64,000 bases of DNA, from NCBI RefSeq assembly GCF_009914755.1, contig NC_060942.1; one strand, written 5' to 3'. The notes under the pieces are model-generated. The model was not told the origin of the DNA. It worked only from the letters and a program-made list of their open reading frames with translations, and ran no database searches. Position 1 is the stretch's first letter. Every line of letters begins with the position of its first letter. This document shows, piece by piece, positions 17,342 to 35,174 of the stretch. The DNA is from the human T2T-CHM13v2.0 reference genome, Homo sapiens. A program made the translations under genes and the position numbers.

Positions 17342-17881
17342 AGCTCCATCCATGTTGCTGCAAAGGTATGATTTCATTCTTTTTTATGGCTGCATAGTAT
17401 TCCATGGTATACATGTAACATATTCCCTTTATTCAATCCACTGTGGATAGGCACCTAGGTTGATTCCATGTATTTGTTATTGTGAATAGCATGGTGATGA
17501 ACATTTGCATGTATGTGTCTTTTTGGTATAATGATCTATTTTTCTTTGGGTATATGCCTAGAAATGGGGTTGCTGGGTCAAATGGTAGCTCTGTTTTAAG
17601 TTCTTTGAGAAATCTCTAAACTGCTTAATCCTTAGCAAATTAATGCAGGAACAGAAAACCAAAAACTGCATGTTCTCACTTATAAGTGAGAGCTAAACAT
17701 TGAGCACCCACAGACGTAAACATGGAACACTCGACACCGCAGACCACTAGAAGGGGAGGCAGCAAGAGGGCGTGGGTTGAAAACCACCTGGTGAGTACTA
17801 TACTCACTATCTGAGTGCAATATACCCATGTAACAAACCTGCACATGTACACCCAGAATCTAAAATAAAAGTTAAAAAAAA
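17342..17881 (+). mobile_element. Older L1PA/L1PB 3' end with 5' inversion, inserted in an L1M ORF1 fragment (about 17290-19560)
   Basis: 17342-17627 is antisense L1 ORF2 end; 17628-17881 is the sense continuation ending AATAAAAGTTAAAAAAA. Confidence 0.85.
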
Positions 17882-18266
17882 GGGAAATGGCAGAAGTCAA
17901 AAAAACACTGTGACAGAAATGAAGAATGCCTTTGATGGGCTCGTGGTCAGACTGGACATGGCCAAGAAAAGAATCAGTGACTTGATATGTCAACAGACAG
18001 TTCCCACACTGCAAAGCAAAGAGAAAACATAGAATTAAAAAAAATTGAATGGAATATCCAAGAACTGTGAGACAATTATTAAAGGTGTAACATATGGACA
18101 ACAGAAACACTGAAAGGAAAAGAAAAAGAGAAATGAGCAGAAGAAAAATTTGAAGTAATAATGGCTGAGAATTTTCCAAAATTAATGACAGGCACCAAAA
18201 CACTGATCCATGAAGCTCAGAGAACACCAGGCAGGATCAATCACAAAAAAATCCACACCTCGGTTT

Positions 18267-19366
<1,100 letters not shown>

Positions 19367-19569
19367 GTATATTATATTCAAACTTGAGAAAATCATGAAG
19401 GAAGCCAGAGGGGAAAAACACTTACCTATAGAGGGGCAGGGATAAGAATTACATCAGAATTATCTTCAGAAACCATGAACGCTAGAAAATGGTGGAATGA
19501 AATATATGTCTTAATGTGTTGAGAGCCAAAACTCACTAACCTAAAATCCTATATCCAGTGATATTATCT

Positions 19570-20615
<1,046 letters not shown>

Positions 20616-20855
20616 GGACTCATAAGACTGCACAGAGTACACTCACATGTGGCTTGCTCTGAAGGCTCTGGAGCTGGCACAGCAGGGGAAAAAGGGTGAT
20701 GAGAATTGGGCAGAGCCCTCCAGGTGAGCTCCCAGGGCCCTTTCTTATTCACGGAGAACGCATGCCTTCTCTGGACTGGGAAGCCCCACCAGTGGTGGGA
20801 GGAATGTTGGTTTCAGGAGAATTCCAAAAGTTTCCAGCAGAGTCTTTCACGCCCT

Positions 20856-21373
20856 TGTGAAAGGAAAATAAATCTCAGGACCCCAAAATCACTAAGCCAA
20901 AAGGAAAAGTCAAGCTGAGAACCGTGTCAGGCAAGCCTGCCGCCCATTTTATTCCTAAATAAGATAGATACAAAGATAAAGCTACATGCCTCTCTCACAA
21001 TTGGCCCACGAGGAAATTCACTGTGGGCCTCACGATCTTTGCCCTAAAACAGTTCTATTGAATTTCACCCTGGCAATGTAAATTGGTAGCTTATCTTCAC
21101 AGGTGCAGGACAAAGAACAGAACTCAAGGTCATCCCTCTGCTCACCTGAGACCTGGAAGCCCTTGCTTTGAGTTGCCCTAAACCAATGTACATCTTACAC
21201 TTATTGATTCATGTCTCATGTCTCTCTAAAATGTAAAACCAAGCTGTGCCCCAACCACCTTGGGCACATGTCGTCAGGACCTCCTGAGGCTGTGTCATGA
21301 GCATGTCCTTAACCTTGGCAAAATAAACTTTCTAAATTGATTAAGACCTGTCTCAGATACTTTTGGGTTCACA
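20856..21373 (+). mobile_element. MER4A-like solo LTR
   Basis: TGTGAAAGGAAAATAAATCT start, GGGTTCACA end, 4-bp TSD CCCT (20852-20855, 21374-21377). Confidence 0.9.
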
Positions 21374-21633
21374 CCCTTTTGTCACATAGCCAAGCCAGTC
21401 TGGCTAACCGGTTATGCCATGTGCAAGCCATCTGGTTAGTAACCTGGCCCAGGTGCTGCCAGGCAAATCATGAACTTTAAACAGCATACAAATCACCAAT
21501 TAGCTCACCTATCCTTATCTTGGTCAGGTATCAGTGCAGACTTCCAGGTCTCCCCAGAGAGAAGTGCAGAGCTTCCCCAGGGCAGCTGTAAAACACTTAA
21601 ACACTCTTTATACTTAGACATCCTTTGATTGCT

Positions 21634-22500
21634 CTCGATGAAAAAAACTGAACTCTGTAAAGTATTTGAAGAGATTTATTCTGAGCCCTATGTGAGGACT
21701 GTGGCTTATGACACAGCCTCTGGAGATCCTGAGAACATGTGCCCAGGGTGATTGAGTTATAGTTTGGTTTCATATGTTTTATGGAGACATAAGACATCAG
21801 TTAATACATGTGGGGTATACATTGGTTTGGCCCAGATGGCAGGACAACTCGAAGTGGGGGCTTACAGGTCTTAGCTGGATTCAAACATTTTCTGATTGGC
21901 AGTTCGTTAGAAGAATTAAGTTACTATCTAAAGACCTGGAGTCAATAGAGAGGAGTGTCTGGGTTAAGATAAGGCGTTGTGAGACCAAGGTTCTTATTAT
22001 GCAGATGAAGTCTCATGGGTGGCTGCCCCTACAGATAATAGATGGCAAATGTTTCCTTTCAGACCTTTAAAAGGTGCCAGGCTCTCTGGAAAAGACCTAG
22101 TAAGGGAAGGAGATTCTCTGAATAATGCAAATTTTCCCCACAAGTCACAACTGTGCAGGGCCATTGTAAAATACATCAAAGAAATAGATTTTTGGGAAAA
22201 ATACTTTGATTCCCTTCAGGACCTGCTATCTGTCATGTGATGCTGCACTAGGGTCAGGTTGGATTTGGTATCTTATTGCTATGAGGAGTGTGTTCTGTCA
22301 GTCTTAAGACCTCTGTTTTAATGTTAATGCTGGTCAGTGGTGCCTGCACTCCACAGGCAGGAGGGTATAATGAGCATGTCCGGCCCCACCTTCCCATCGT
22401 GGCCTGAACCAGTTTTTCAGGTTTCTTTGGAAGTTCCTGGGCAGAGACAGGAGTCCATTCAGTTAGTTGGGGGGCTTAGAATTGTATTTTTGGTTTATAT
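21634..22500 (-). mobile_element. MER4-group solo LTR
   Basis: TATTTGAAGAGATTTATTCTGAGCC block; end GGGGGCTTAGAATTGTATTTTTGGTTTA resembles the reverse complement of the 5376 LTR start. Confidence 0.85.
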
Positions 22501-25500
22501 TACAAAGCTATTTTACAAAACATTTTAAAGTATCATATCCCTCCTCATCCTTTAGCACCTGAAAAAACTTGCTTTAGTTCTCAGCTATAGTAACGGAAGA
22601 GAAGCGAAGTCGCTCACATCAAATCACAGCAACCTTTTGCATACAGAACACCCTCCACACTTACTTAACGACATTCTGTTAAGCAGAAAAACCCTCTTTC
22701 ATGAAGATACATGAATGGGTGTAGGTATATTAGGGGCCCAGTTCAGCAGTGGTAAGAGAGCCCCATAAGCTCTCATGGCTCTGGCGAGTCCCTTTCAAGG
22801 GGTGTTGACTATAGATAAGTAAATATGTGTCTGCTAGTTTTAGAGGATGTGCATCCACAGTGCGAAGACATCCTTGATGAGCAAGGCATTGACACACAGG
22901 CTGTCTGTAACCCAGGTCTGGGACCACCCGGGCCTTCGGACCTCAACTGCAGTAGCAGGAATCTATCTAGGTTCAACTCTGTAATATCCACTAATGATTA
23001 GTGATCAAGGACAGGTGGCATTGGTCCAGGGTCTAGAATTTGTTAATAATTGTCTCAGACATCTGGGCATTCCAAAAATGCCTGATGGATGATCAGTAAA
23101 AGTAGCTTCCATTTGTATTGACAAAGCTTGGTGACCATTCCAGCTGAGCTCTTCTAAAGGAAATGAACCATCTCCAGTCTCTTGGATAAAAATAACTCTA
23201 TGAAACTGTGTTGGGTACCATGTTCCCCACCTACGAAAATTGCCACGTCTTCATCAGCTGTTATTTGGACGACAGGTTTCCCATCCATTTCAGCCAGCAG
23301 CCCCAAAGGGACCTAAGGTCAATTGTTTTGCTTTTCCTGGTTCCAGGCATTTGAATCCTTATGCTAAACATCCAGTAACTTGATATGACTTCAGGCAATT
23401 CCTTGTAAACAAAAGGTTTCTTAGAGAACGTCTATGGCATGTATTTTGCTGTGCCAGGGCCACAGTTGAGAGAGTAAACAGGAGCCAGTCTCGATGCTCT
23501 GCCTCCCAAGCTGTGTGCCTGGGCGGTTTGGGAGCGATGTTCTCCTGCAGGAAGAGGTGAGTCAGGGTCTCATCACCAAACCACATGCCAGCGGGGCTGT
23601 CTGCCCCGAGGGGACCCCTTTCCCTAACTCACACCAAAGTGCCGTGTAAACTGGCTCTGGTTGAGTGAGGTATTCAGGGATGGAAAATTTGATATGGCAC
23701 CTTGTTCAACATTGTGTTTCAAAATTTTGATTCAGTGTATATTCAAAAAAAAAAAACAAAACAAAAAACAGCCTGCACTATCTTTTCAGCCTTTGCTTGA
23801 AAATATTGGGCTACAAAGGTGCTAGCTCAGAAAAGTTCCTTTCTTCAAGTTATTTAACAGGATGAAGGAAAAGGAAAGCTGTTGTTAGAAGCTGCAGCAA
23901 CTAGCAATCTATGCTGAAAATGACCAGCACAGGTACTGTCCTAATGGGATTGGACCTGGGAGTGCCATGAGCCATGCTGAGCAGTGCACTCAGACAGCTC
24001 CTCCTCTAGAGTGGTCTTGTATTTCAGCCACTCCAGGAGATTCCAGATGTTGGAGCAGATTTCTGGGATTCTTAATGACCACTGCCTCAAGATATCTGCA
24101 ATGGATACTGTTCTAACTTTGTGGGTGAGTGGGCACTTGAAAGCACTGGGCAGGATTGGCTTCCTCTATTTTATGCTGTGGGTGCTGACCTGCAGGGGTG
24201 TGGGTCTGCTCTTCCCATGGGCTTCCCCACAGCCCTGCTGTGATTCCAAGTGGTGCCTCTTTGTGGGGAACTTTGCTCATTCATAGCACATTTTGCACTG
24301 TCTCAACACTGAAATCACATTCGTTTTGAAGGACATGGGGGCATCAGCAGCTTGGGGAGAGGACTGTACTGCTTAGAATGAATCCCACAGCAGCACAAGG
24401 AACCAGACTGAGACAAGTGTAAGAATAAGAATTAATTCTCCCCTAAGCCACGAGGGGGCCAGTGGTAGAAAGGCCCTCAGAGCTGGTTGGTTCAGAGGTG
24501 AATCAAATTCCTAGGTTACTTCCAGCCCTCTGCTCGGCTACACGCCATGATGGCCCATCTTCATGCTGGAAGAGGATGGCTTTGTAGTCCCTGGAGTTCG
24601 TGCACACTTGGTGACTCCCGAAGGAAGAAGAGGACTGTCATCATATAGCTCTGGAAGGAACCATCCCCAGAAACCCCTCAGCAGGCTCCTTTTGTATTGA
24701 TCAGAATCAGCAAAACCTTGTGGGTGGGCTGGTGGGGGTCGGAGGTGCGTTGGCTTTCTCGGAGGTGGGCGGTGGTAGGGGGAATGGATCCCTGAACACA
24801 ACCTAGAAGCTGGAAGGAAAACACAGGGAACCCATAAAACCCCCCATAAGAGCAGACCGAGACTTTGCTGTGGAAGATTCCTATCCCAAAGCTAATAGCA
24901 TCAGTGCACTTGATTTCCATCTCGTTCTCACAGCCTTTTATGAACATCACTGAAAAGGCTGGGCAAGACGAAACCTGTGAAGAAGGAAGATCTCCATGGC
25001 TGCCCTTAGCGTGGAATGTGTTCTTCACACCCTTACAAACAGCTTTCAAGTGTTCAGCCTGTGGAGTTGAAGCAGGTACTGTTAGATCTGAGCTGATCTG
25101 TTTTGGGGGCGTGTGTACTTATGTTGTTCTGCCGACCCTGAATGCAAGAACACCTGCTCTGATGTGTGCATCGTTTGTAGCAGGCATTGTCCTTTAATAT
25201 CTGAGACATGTAGCAAAGCATCATCTCATATCAGGATGTGTCCCTGGGTCTTTGTGAATGTCTACACTTGGTTCAGCCAAGAGGTTTATTTGGAAAGTGT
25301 CAACATGAGCTTTGTTTTTGGCAATTTGTTGGTTGGCCTTTCAAAATTCTCACATTCCTGTGCAAAGGTAGACACTGCAGTATCTGATCCATCTGTGAAA
25401 TTTAAGCCTAAGAACAATCATGAGCTGCTGAAAATTGCAACATCAGTAATCCCAAAAGTTCCAAATATACCAGTCTGAAGCTGTGATGAATAATAATTTT

Positions 25501-26627
25501 GTTATGGCTAATGAGACCCACACATTGACAGATATGCAGCAGGCTTTTGTTCTGTTATTTCTATCTTGGTTAAGATAGAATAAAAGTTTTCAGCATATGA
25601 ATTCTACAGCTGCCCTCCTTAATTACCAGAGCCTAATGTTGTAATGTTTCTTCTGAATATTGGATGTTGGTACAATAGACTTTCATGGGGCAGCTGAGGT
25701 AGTGCCATCTATGATCAGGAGAGGGCAGCAAAGAGCCACATGAGTCACAACTCTCTGGGCTGGGTCTGCCCAGGAATCAATTAAGGCAATGTAGGAAGCC
25801 AGGGAGAAAATCCCTGCTTGAGTTGATACCAGCTAAAATTGAAGGTGGTAAGAGTTGAAGCAGAGGCAAATGCGTGTTGATTGCAACAAAGTTGGAGTTA
25901 AACGGCGCTAGATTCTAGAGGGATTGACTGTGTCAGCAGGGGCTCGAATTTCTGGAGGAGAACCCAGTGAGCAAAGCAAAAGCTAGCAGATTTGAGTAGG
26001 ATAGGAGTCAGGCCCATTGGGGTGGGCCAAAGAGTTTTGCAAGGTTATCCATACTGACACATTGCTGAGAGATGCAGCTTTTTTCTTTTAAAAATAATGT
26101 TTATAGCTTACCATTACAAATATAAAATATATTTATTGTAGAAGATCGGAAACCAGAGAAAAGTATGCAGAAGAAAATAAAATTCATCAATAATTGTACC
26201 AACCAGAGGTAACAATTTTGGTTATCTGTGGTCTGTTTGCTTTGATTATAAAAGTCCTATCTGTTGTTTTCCATCAATCATCTATCTACATAAACAAAAT
26301 TGGGATCATACATTTAGCCATAGGCCGCCAATATCATTCCCTGCTGATATGTAAAAATTTTAAAAACCATGTGTGCAATTTTCCATCAGATGGGTGCACC
26401 ACTAAGCATTCTGTATGCCTTGTCCAATCTTAAAGGGACTAGGGTCACCTTGGAACTTTGCACTGTCTGATGTCAAACTTCATTATGCTCCAGGTCAGGC
26501 ATCATAAAATTAATAAATTCAAAGTTTGGGAAAACAGGGAAAAACAATGCCCTAATCCATTTTCATTTTTATTTCCCACTGGCCTTTGTCCAAATGCATA
26601 AATATTCTAACATGATTACAATCATAA

Positions 26628-26977
<350 letters not shown>

Positions 26978-27265
26978 TGAGTTTCATAATTTTTAATGAC
27001 TGGGTAATAGTCCTCTCAGTAGACATAATTATTTAATTTGTCATTATCCTATTGTTACTTTTTTTGAAATTATGAATAATTCTGCGATGACTGTCTTCAT
27101 CATGATAGCTTTATCCTTCATTTGGACTACTTCCTTAGATAAAGTCTCAGCAGGGGGTAATAGGGTCTGCTTAAACTGTAGCAGTAATGTAAATATCAAT
27201 TGCTTGCCTTAGTTTCTGGGAGTGGATTTACATTCAGTCTGTTATTGAGTACCTTTAAAAAAAAC

Positions 27266-27591
<326 letters not shown>

Positions 27592-28008
27592 TGAACTTCA
27601 CTCTTATTAATAGAAAACATGTTGACTTTGATAGTAGCATAATTTGGACAAGAATTAAGCAGATTTTAAATGAGACACTGCTTGATTTGTGTAGAGGTAT
27701 TTTTGAGTAAATGCTTCTTTTTTCCCTGTAATTCATCCACACGCAACTAGAAACTTGAGAGGATGAAGAAGCATTCATGGAAAACTAACAATGTTAGTTT
27801 TTAAGGCACGCAATTGATATTTACATTACTGCTAGAGTTTAGGCAGACCCTATTACCCCCTGCTAAGAGTTTATCTAAGGAAATAGTCCAAATGAAAGAT
27901 AAAGCTATCATCCTAAAGATGTTCATTGCAAAAAAACAATTAACTATGATGATTAGCATCGTACCTGGCAGAGCCTCTTCACATTTGTGGATTTCAGTGG
28001 CTATGTGA

Positions 28009-28383
<375 letters not shown>

Positions 28384-29347
28384 TAAATGGCAGGACCATG
28401 AAAATTCTTCCTTAGTTTCTACTTAAACAAATTTAGATTCAGCACAGTATTTAGTAAACGGTGCATGATGGCAGGAGTCTAAAAGCTAACCTACATTAGC
28501 TCAGAAGGTGTGGTCCACAGAATGGACCTGGAATGCCTTGGGCTACTGCCCTCAGTTGCATTCTGTCCTACGAAAGAGCTCATGGCTCAAGCTTTCCAAA
28601 TTAATAAATACAGAGTTTCTAAAAATATAAAATAAATAAGAGCAAATTGCAACAGTAAAACCTTAATATCAACAATCTGCTGTGGAGACTGAAGAAATAT
28701 ATTCTCCATCACTGACATATACCTCATTTCTATTAGCAGACAGTGAGTGAACGCTCATTGTGATTGTCATTACATTGCAGACTTTTACTACCCACTGTGG
28801 ATACTTTTGAAAAATATATCTTGATTGACTGATATTTCTTTCTCTCATTTACCTCCTCTCCATACCTAAAGAAGCTATCCAGGGAAGAAAGAAAACTGGA
28901 TGTGTAATTCTATTTAATTTGTTTTATATTTATTCCTCAAATCACTCGTTTCTTTGAAATAAAACACATTTTTAAACATGATTTTTTTAATTGTTCTCTT
29001 AATTGTCTTCTTGAAATAAATGGGTTATACCAGAGTCATATCTACTCTTGTCACATGCACTGGGACTTCAGTGTGTGGCTTTCAAAGGTCAGAACTCTTC
29101 TCTCTTGTCCAGATGCCAGTGATGAAAACTGAGGAAGGAACCTTCTGGTGGTGGCCTCATGCCTGCCCCCTTTCTGGGTGCTGCATGCTCCTCTATCCTG
29201 GAGGAAGAAGGAAGAAGTGGGTCCCTGGACTGAGTGTGGAACTACGTGAACACCCGACCTGGCCAAGGTGATTGGCCTATGCCTGATCGGTGACTCACGA
29301 GCTGGGCCAGTCAGATGAGCTATTGAGCATTTGGACACAGAGACTAG

Positions 29348-29780
29348 CTGTGATGGTCTGGATTACTGCTTGGGAAGTGTTTACTCCATGTTTCCCTCCC
29401 CACTCTGGGTGGAGTGCTTCACCGCCCATGGAGGTTGGGCTTGGCCATGCAACCTGCTTTAGTAGATGAAATGGTCCCAATCATAGGCCTCAAGTATGGT
29501 GCCTAGCTCTCATGGTCTGGCAGGAGAATATGCCCCAGGCCGCCACTGTCCCCTCATCTTTGAGCCCCAGTGAGGTAGGGACTGCACCTCCTAGCCACTG
29601 GGCCAGAGCCTAAGCAGACTTCAAACCGCCTTCAGTCTGGGTCTTAGAGCTTAAGGTCTGGCATAGCCTTGCTGAGTTGCAGTTGAATTGAGCATGAGAG
29701 TAGGTCATTTTCATTTTAAGCCCCTATACTTTAGGGTAGTTTATTATTCAGCATTGCTGAGGCCACAGCTGACCCCTACA
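29348..29780 (+). mobile_element. MLT1 (ERVL-MaLR) LTR
   Basis: GGGCTTGGCCATGCAACCTGCTTT and TTTTAAGCCCCTATACTTTAGGGTAGTTTATTATTCAGCA MLT1 motifs. Confidence 0.7.
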
Positions 29781-30329
29781 CTAGCAATGGTTTGGTTGTG
29801 GTTCTTGCAGACAGCAGGTCATGCCGGCTGGGGTTGGGGTGGCTGCTTTGGGGCCCTAGAAGCTAGGGAATAAGTAGAGGAGACTGCAGACACCTCTTGC
29901 TCATTTCCCTGCTGCAGTGTCTTCCTTGTTTCTTGAGGACTGATTTCTAAGTGGTCTGGAAAGAGAGAATGGTGCTCAGTCATACATATCACAAGTATTT
30001 TTCCCAGTGTCTTCTTACGTTATTTTTTGCAGTCTGGAATTTTGTAACAAGGAAGACTGATATCCTGAATAGAATGTGTTGATCAATCTAGGGAAGGACT
30101 GTGTAATGACAGAAAGAAAAGTGGATCTGAATGTTCTTAACCAACTCAAATGGGCATTCTTAATACACAGTCACACTGTACAATGAGAAGGAGGCGAGAG
30201 CTGTTCAACTTGAAAGATGAACACTGTACTGTTAAGATGGCGACAACTGTGTGTAAGAATTTGATGCTCTGCTAGGCTGTGATACAATAGAATACTCCAG
30301 AGAAAAGTAAGTGTGCAGTGGGATTTGAG

Positions 30330-30790
30330 GACTAGGATTTTCTTGGTGGCAAGAATAAGAAAACCAAATCCAACTTGTTTAAATGATAAAGGGAATGTAT
30401 TAACTCAGGGAACTGAAGAGTCCAGAAAAACTCAGGCTTGTGAAGGGCTGGACCGGTGGGGTCAGCAGCACCAGGTCCTGCTTCTGCTCCCACCTCGAGG
30501 CTGGTCCTGCATGACGCTGGCACAACCCAAGGCTTGGCTGTCCCGGGGTGGAAAGCAGGTGGTCAGCAACAACCAGGGCTCTGTTAGGCTTTAAATCACT
30601 CATAGTGGGGGAGACAGTGCACCTCTGTGGTAGCTGCCACTGAAGAAGGAGAACATTCCTTCTCAGAAGTTCCTAGAAGTCTGCTTTAATCTCGTTTAAT
30701 CTCGTTTGCCTGGATTGGGTCATGGGCTGACCCTCAAATGAATCCTTGTAGCTAAAGGACTGTGCAGGCCACACTGGGTCCACATGGCTG
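30330..30790 (-). mobile_element. Old MLT1 (J/K-like) LTR
   Basis: GGTGGCAAGAATAAGAAAACCAAATCCAACT and GGATTGGGTCATGGGCTGACCCTC motifs. Confidence 0.6.
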
Positions 30791-31299
30791 GGAGGGGTCA
30801 GCCCAATGCTGGTTGGTCACTGGGGCCACCACTGGGAGTCCTCTGCCCAGCAGAATTCACAGTGCCCCGAGGCAGGAGTTGAGACAGGCAGATAATTACC
30901 CTGCAATGAGATCGGAGCTGGGGTGGGGAAGTGAAGGGGGCTGCCACTCAGGCAGGTGTAGGGGTGTCCACAGAAGAGTCCCAGCAGGAGCTACGGGCCT
31001 GGGCCTAAAGGATGAACGGGAGGTTAGAGGGCAAAGGAGAGGAGAGATGGAAATAATTTTGGGTAGAAGGAGCATCAAGAAGTTTTTCAGAAGCCTGAAG
31101 TAACAATTAGTATTGAAGAGTCTTCTTAACAAAAATTGGCTAAGTAACTACAAGAACTGCAAGATTGAAATACCGGAAAAGAGACTTCCTCTCCAGATCT
31201 TGTGGCTAACTTCCCAGTGATTACCTGGGTGCTGGACTAAGGCATCTCTGAGTATCTCCCCAGTGAACGATTCCACACCCTTCAGCAGGAGCACAGTGA

Positions 31300-31690
<391 letters not shown>

Positions 31691-32689
31691 CTAACATCCT
31701 TAGCTTTAAACTAAATGCAAAGGATGCTTACTGGGTCCTGTTCAAAGATGAGAGGTGTGTACAGTTTCAAACATAACCTTCCCCAGGGACTTTCAGAATC
31801 TTGACCTACATGGCATTGCAGAGATTACGTCTTTCTAGCAGTCAAAATAAAACAAACATTAAATAGAAATGAAAAACCAAAATAGAAATTTGAAAATTCC
31901 CCCAAATCCCACACCAAACCCCAAGTCCTCGTTTTCTGGCTTGAGAGGGAATATTGAGGGTTGGTGTGGAAGGGTCCCACTGTGCCAACACTGTGTGTAG
32001 CCTGCTTGTTCAGGGCCGGTTTTTGTTTTCGGCCTTGACACCTCAGAGTCAGGATTACTTGGTAATTTTGCTGCAGCTGCCAAGAGCTGGGCCTGAGCAT
32101 GAATTGGCAGCATCCCCAGGCAGGGGGTGGAGAAAGGGATTCAGCCCAGGGGCCTGTTCATCTCGTGAGGTTCTGCCACTGATGCACAACCTTCTTCCCA
32201 CCTGAACTCCTCCAGTGCCATCTCCTCGCCGTGGCTGGGCTGCTGTAACGCTACAAATCTAAAAGTGTTGTGCTGCTGCTTAAGCCCTGGCAAGGCTTCC
32301 CCTTGCCTTAGCCTCAGTACCTTCGTAGAACCTGCAAAGCCTTGGGTGCCCTCACAAGCTCTTTCTCCAGTCACTGGCACTCTCTCTCTCCCTCAAAGAA
32401 ACCCACCCCTCCCGCCTTAGCGCCCTAGCTGGATGTTCCCCAGCCTCCTCCCACCTGGTGACCGCATTTCACCCTTCAGCCCTCAGCTTCCATCTCCTGC
32501 TTTGGCCCATTCTGTACCCATCACGGGCCTCTCTGCATGTCCAACTCTCTTCCCTTCGCTTCATGCTCTCTCCCTGTTCCTCTCTGCCTGCCTTTGGGAT
32601 CCCAGGGCACCTGAGTTTCCTCCTCTGTGGCAATGGGACTGAGGCACAGGACTTGAGTCCTTAGACTGTGATTAAGCACAGATACCACC

Positions 32690-33160
32690 TGGAAGTCTGG
32701 ATTCAGATCCTGATCCTGCTTTCATCACCAACTGAGAAGTCACATGACTACTCAGAGCTTCAGCTTCCCCATCTGTAAGATGCTGGGAAGAATGTCGACT
32801 TTATAGGGCTGCTGGGAGAATTCACTGAGAATACGGACATGCAGACCACAGTATTGGACACTGCAGGCTCCCAGCAAATGTTCCTTTCCTTTTCTCTAAG
32901 TAAGGTGGGAAACTCGTGCATATCTAGGATCGCATTGCCCAATGTTCATGTGTGACATGGGCAAGTGCATCTACATAAATGTGGGCTTGGGATTGAGAAG
33001 ATTTGGATCAACAGCTGGTGGCACCACTGACCAGCCAAATAGTGTCAGAAACTCCATGAGCCTCAGAGTCTGTGTCTATGAATATGGTAATAATGTTAAT
33101 ACCTTCCAGGGTTGCTTTAAGGACTACGTAAGTTAATATATGAAAGTATTTTGTAATCCT
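32690..33160 (+). mobile_element. MIR fragments
   Basis: Core-like CTTCAGCTTCCCCATCTGTAAGATG and GAGCCTCAGAGTCTGTGTCTATGAATATGG. Confidence 0.6.
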
Positions 33161-35174
33161 TGGAGTTTAAAAATTGTCATAACCCAGCACTTGTGATTAT
33201 CTTGCTTTCTCAGCACTCACTTGGGTGAGCTTTGCCTTGCAGCAGGTCTTTTAGTGCCTTCGTCCAGCCCCTTGGTGGTGTTGAGCACAGAGATGACATT
33301 TGATAAGAGTTTTCTGGCGCCATGAGAGCGACAGACACAGAGCTGTGCCAGACACCTCAGGGGAGGACCTGCTGCCCAACTGTAGGGGTGGTCTGCTGCC
33401 TCCCCCAGCTGTCAGCCCCTCCGGTTTGGCCTCACACCTTCCCGGAAGCAGCTTGCTTCTGGTGACTGAGCTGGGTGGGGCGTGAGGGCTGAGGTTGTTG
33501 GAGCTGCCTGGCAGCTCTCTTCTCTCCCTCCCCTCCCATCCCTCCCTCCGCAGGCCTGCCCCCAGGAGGCTTCCCCACAGCATCCTGCATGGTGAACTCT
33601 TCAGAGCCTGTGACTCAGAGAACCCAGGCCGAGACATCCAGTGTCCAGCTAGATTTGACCCTTGCAAGCCTTCACAGATATGACTCCACGGGTTGTCTCT
33701 GTGCACTCGAATTGAGAATCCTCTCTGTTGTCATTGTTCAAGAAATAAAACACCTGGGTTGTTGCATGTTATGCTGGTCTTTGACAGGGAAAGGAACATT
33801 CCTTCCTGGGTGGCTCATGTCATCGTGTGTGTTCAGCATTGTCATTAGGCTGCTGTTTGGGAGAAAGTTTCCAATGACAGGAACAGTTGAAGAGCTTAGT
33901 CTCTATTCTCTTAACTCTATTAACCTTAATTCAATTATTTTCCTGCAAGAAACCGAGAATTCCTACATCACCTAAGGTGTTTCAGAATATAAAAATAATC
34001 AAAATATTTCCCCAGTTTATTAAACAAAGTTAGGGTAACTTATATACCAAAATCTGATAAAGACAGTATGAAGACAGGAACACTGCACATCAAATCCAGC
34101 AGCATTTTAAAAGAATAATGCCCGGTGGCACCAGGGCTCTCAGGGAGGCTGCGTCCTGCCGGGGAAAGTGCTTGGGCTCTGAGTCAGTCGGGGCTCAGCT
34201 CTCTAGCGCTGGAAGCTGGAGCTTGCTAAGTCACCTCTCCCAGCACCGGCTCCTTCCATTGCGAGAGGAGAAACCCACTTCTAGGGTTTCGTAAAGGTTG
34301 AGGAAGGTAATTCCTGTGCAGCACTCAGGGTCACCCCTGCACATAGGGCCCCTGGGCCAGCCGCCCTCACCACTGTGGGAGGCCGCCTGCTGTGGTCCAG
34401 CTGCTCATCTTGCACAGAGCCCTCCATTTTGAGCACTTTCCTGGGACACCAGGACCTTTTGCAGAGCCCTCTCTGATCTGATCTTGGATGTGAGGACTAT
34501 ATGTGGGAGTGCTTGACCCTGCTGATGTTTTCAACACACGGAAATGGGTTCCCTCCCTCACACCACATTCCCAATATGTATTCTCAACATTCAGAACCTC
34601 CTTCTAGAATTCCACCCTGTGGCTCCCAGCACGGCTTGGGACTCCAGTGGCGTGAGGCCAGCCAGACTGTGGTCCCCACACTTGAAATACTGGAAGGTTG
34701 TGATCATCTGCAAAGCCCAAGGAAAGCTCTGGTAGTGATATGGCCCCGTGCATCCTGCCCTGGCTTGCAGGGCAGTGGCACTTCTGCTTATTGTGAGTAT
34801 AATGATTCTTTTGGGGGTTGAAGGTCAGTTTTAGGTGTCAGAGAAGGAGTGGGGTCCAGAAACTATTGCGAAAGGCCAGGATATTTGGTGAGAGGACATC
34901 CTTTGTTCTTTTTTGCTGGAGTAAGGAAAGCCTGTGTGGTTGATAAAGCCTGGCATGGCATGTGTAGTCCTGGAGGAGGGGTGAGAGCCTTGGGCAAAGA
35001 GGGGCGTGGTAGGGCCACAGATGAGGGCTCCCAGGCACTGGGCCTCCTTCCCAAAGAACAATCATCAGGACATCCCAGAGACCACTGTCCAGGAGAAACG
35101 GGGTGACAAGCCCTCTTTGAGCTCGGGAGCATTTTAATCAGTGCTCAAGAGGAAGAGAAAAGAAACAAAAAGTG

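Noticed and set aside
22900-23460. Non-repeat-looking sequence tested as a possible pseudogene
   Set aside because: The frames I translated by hand gave no recognisable protein; left unassigned
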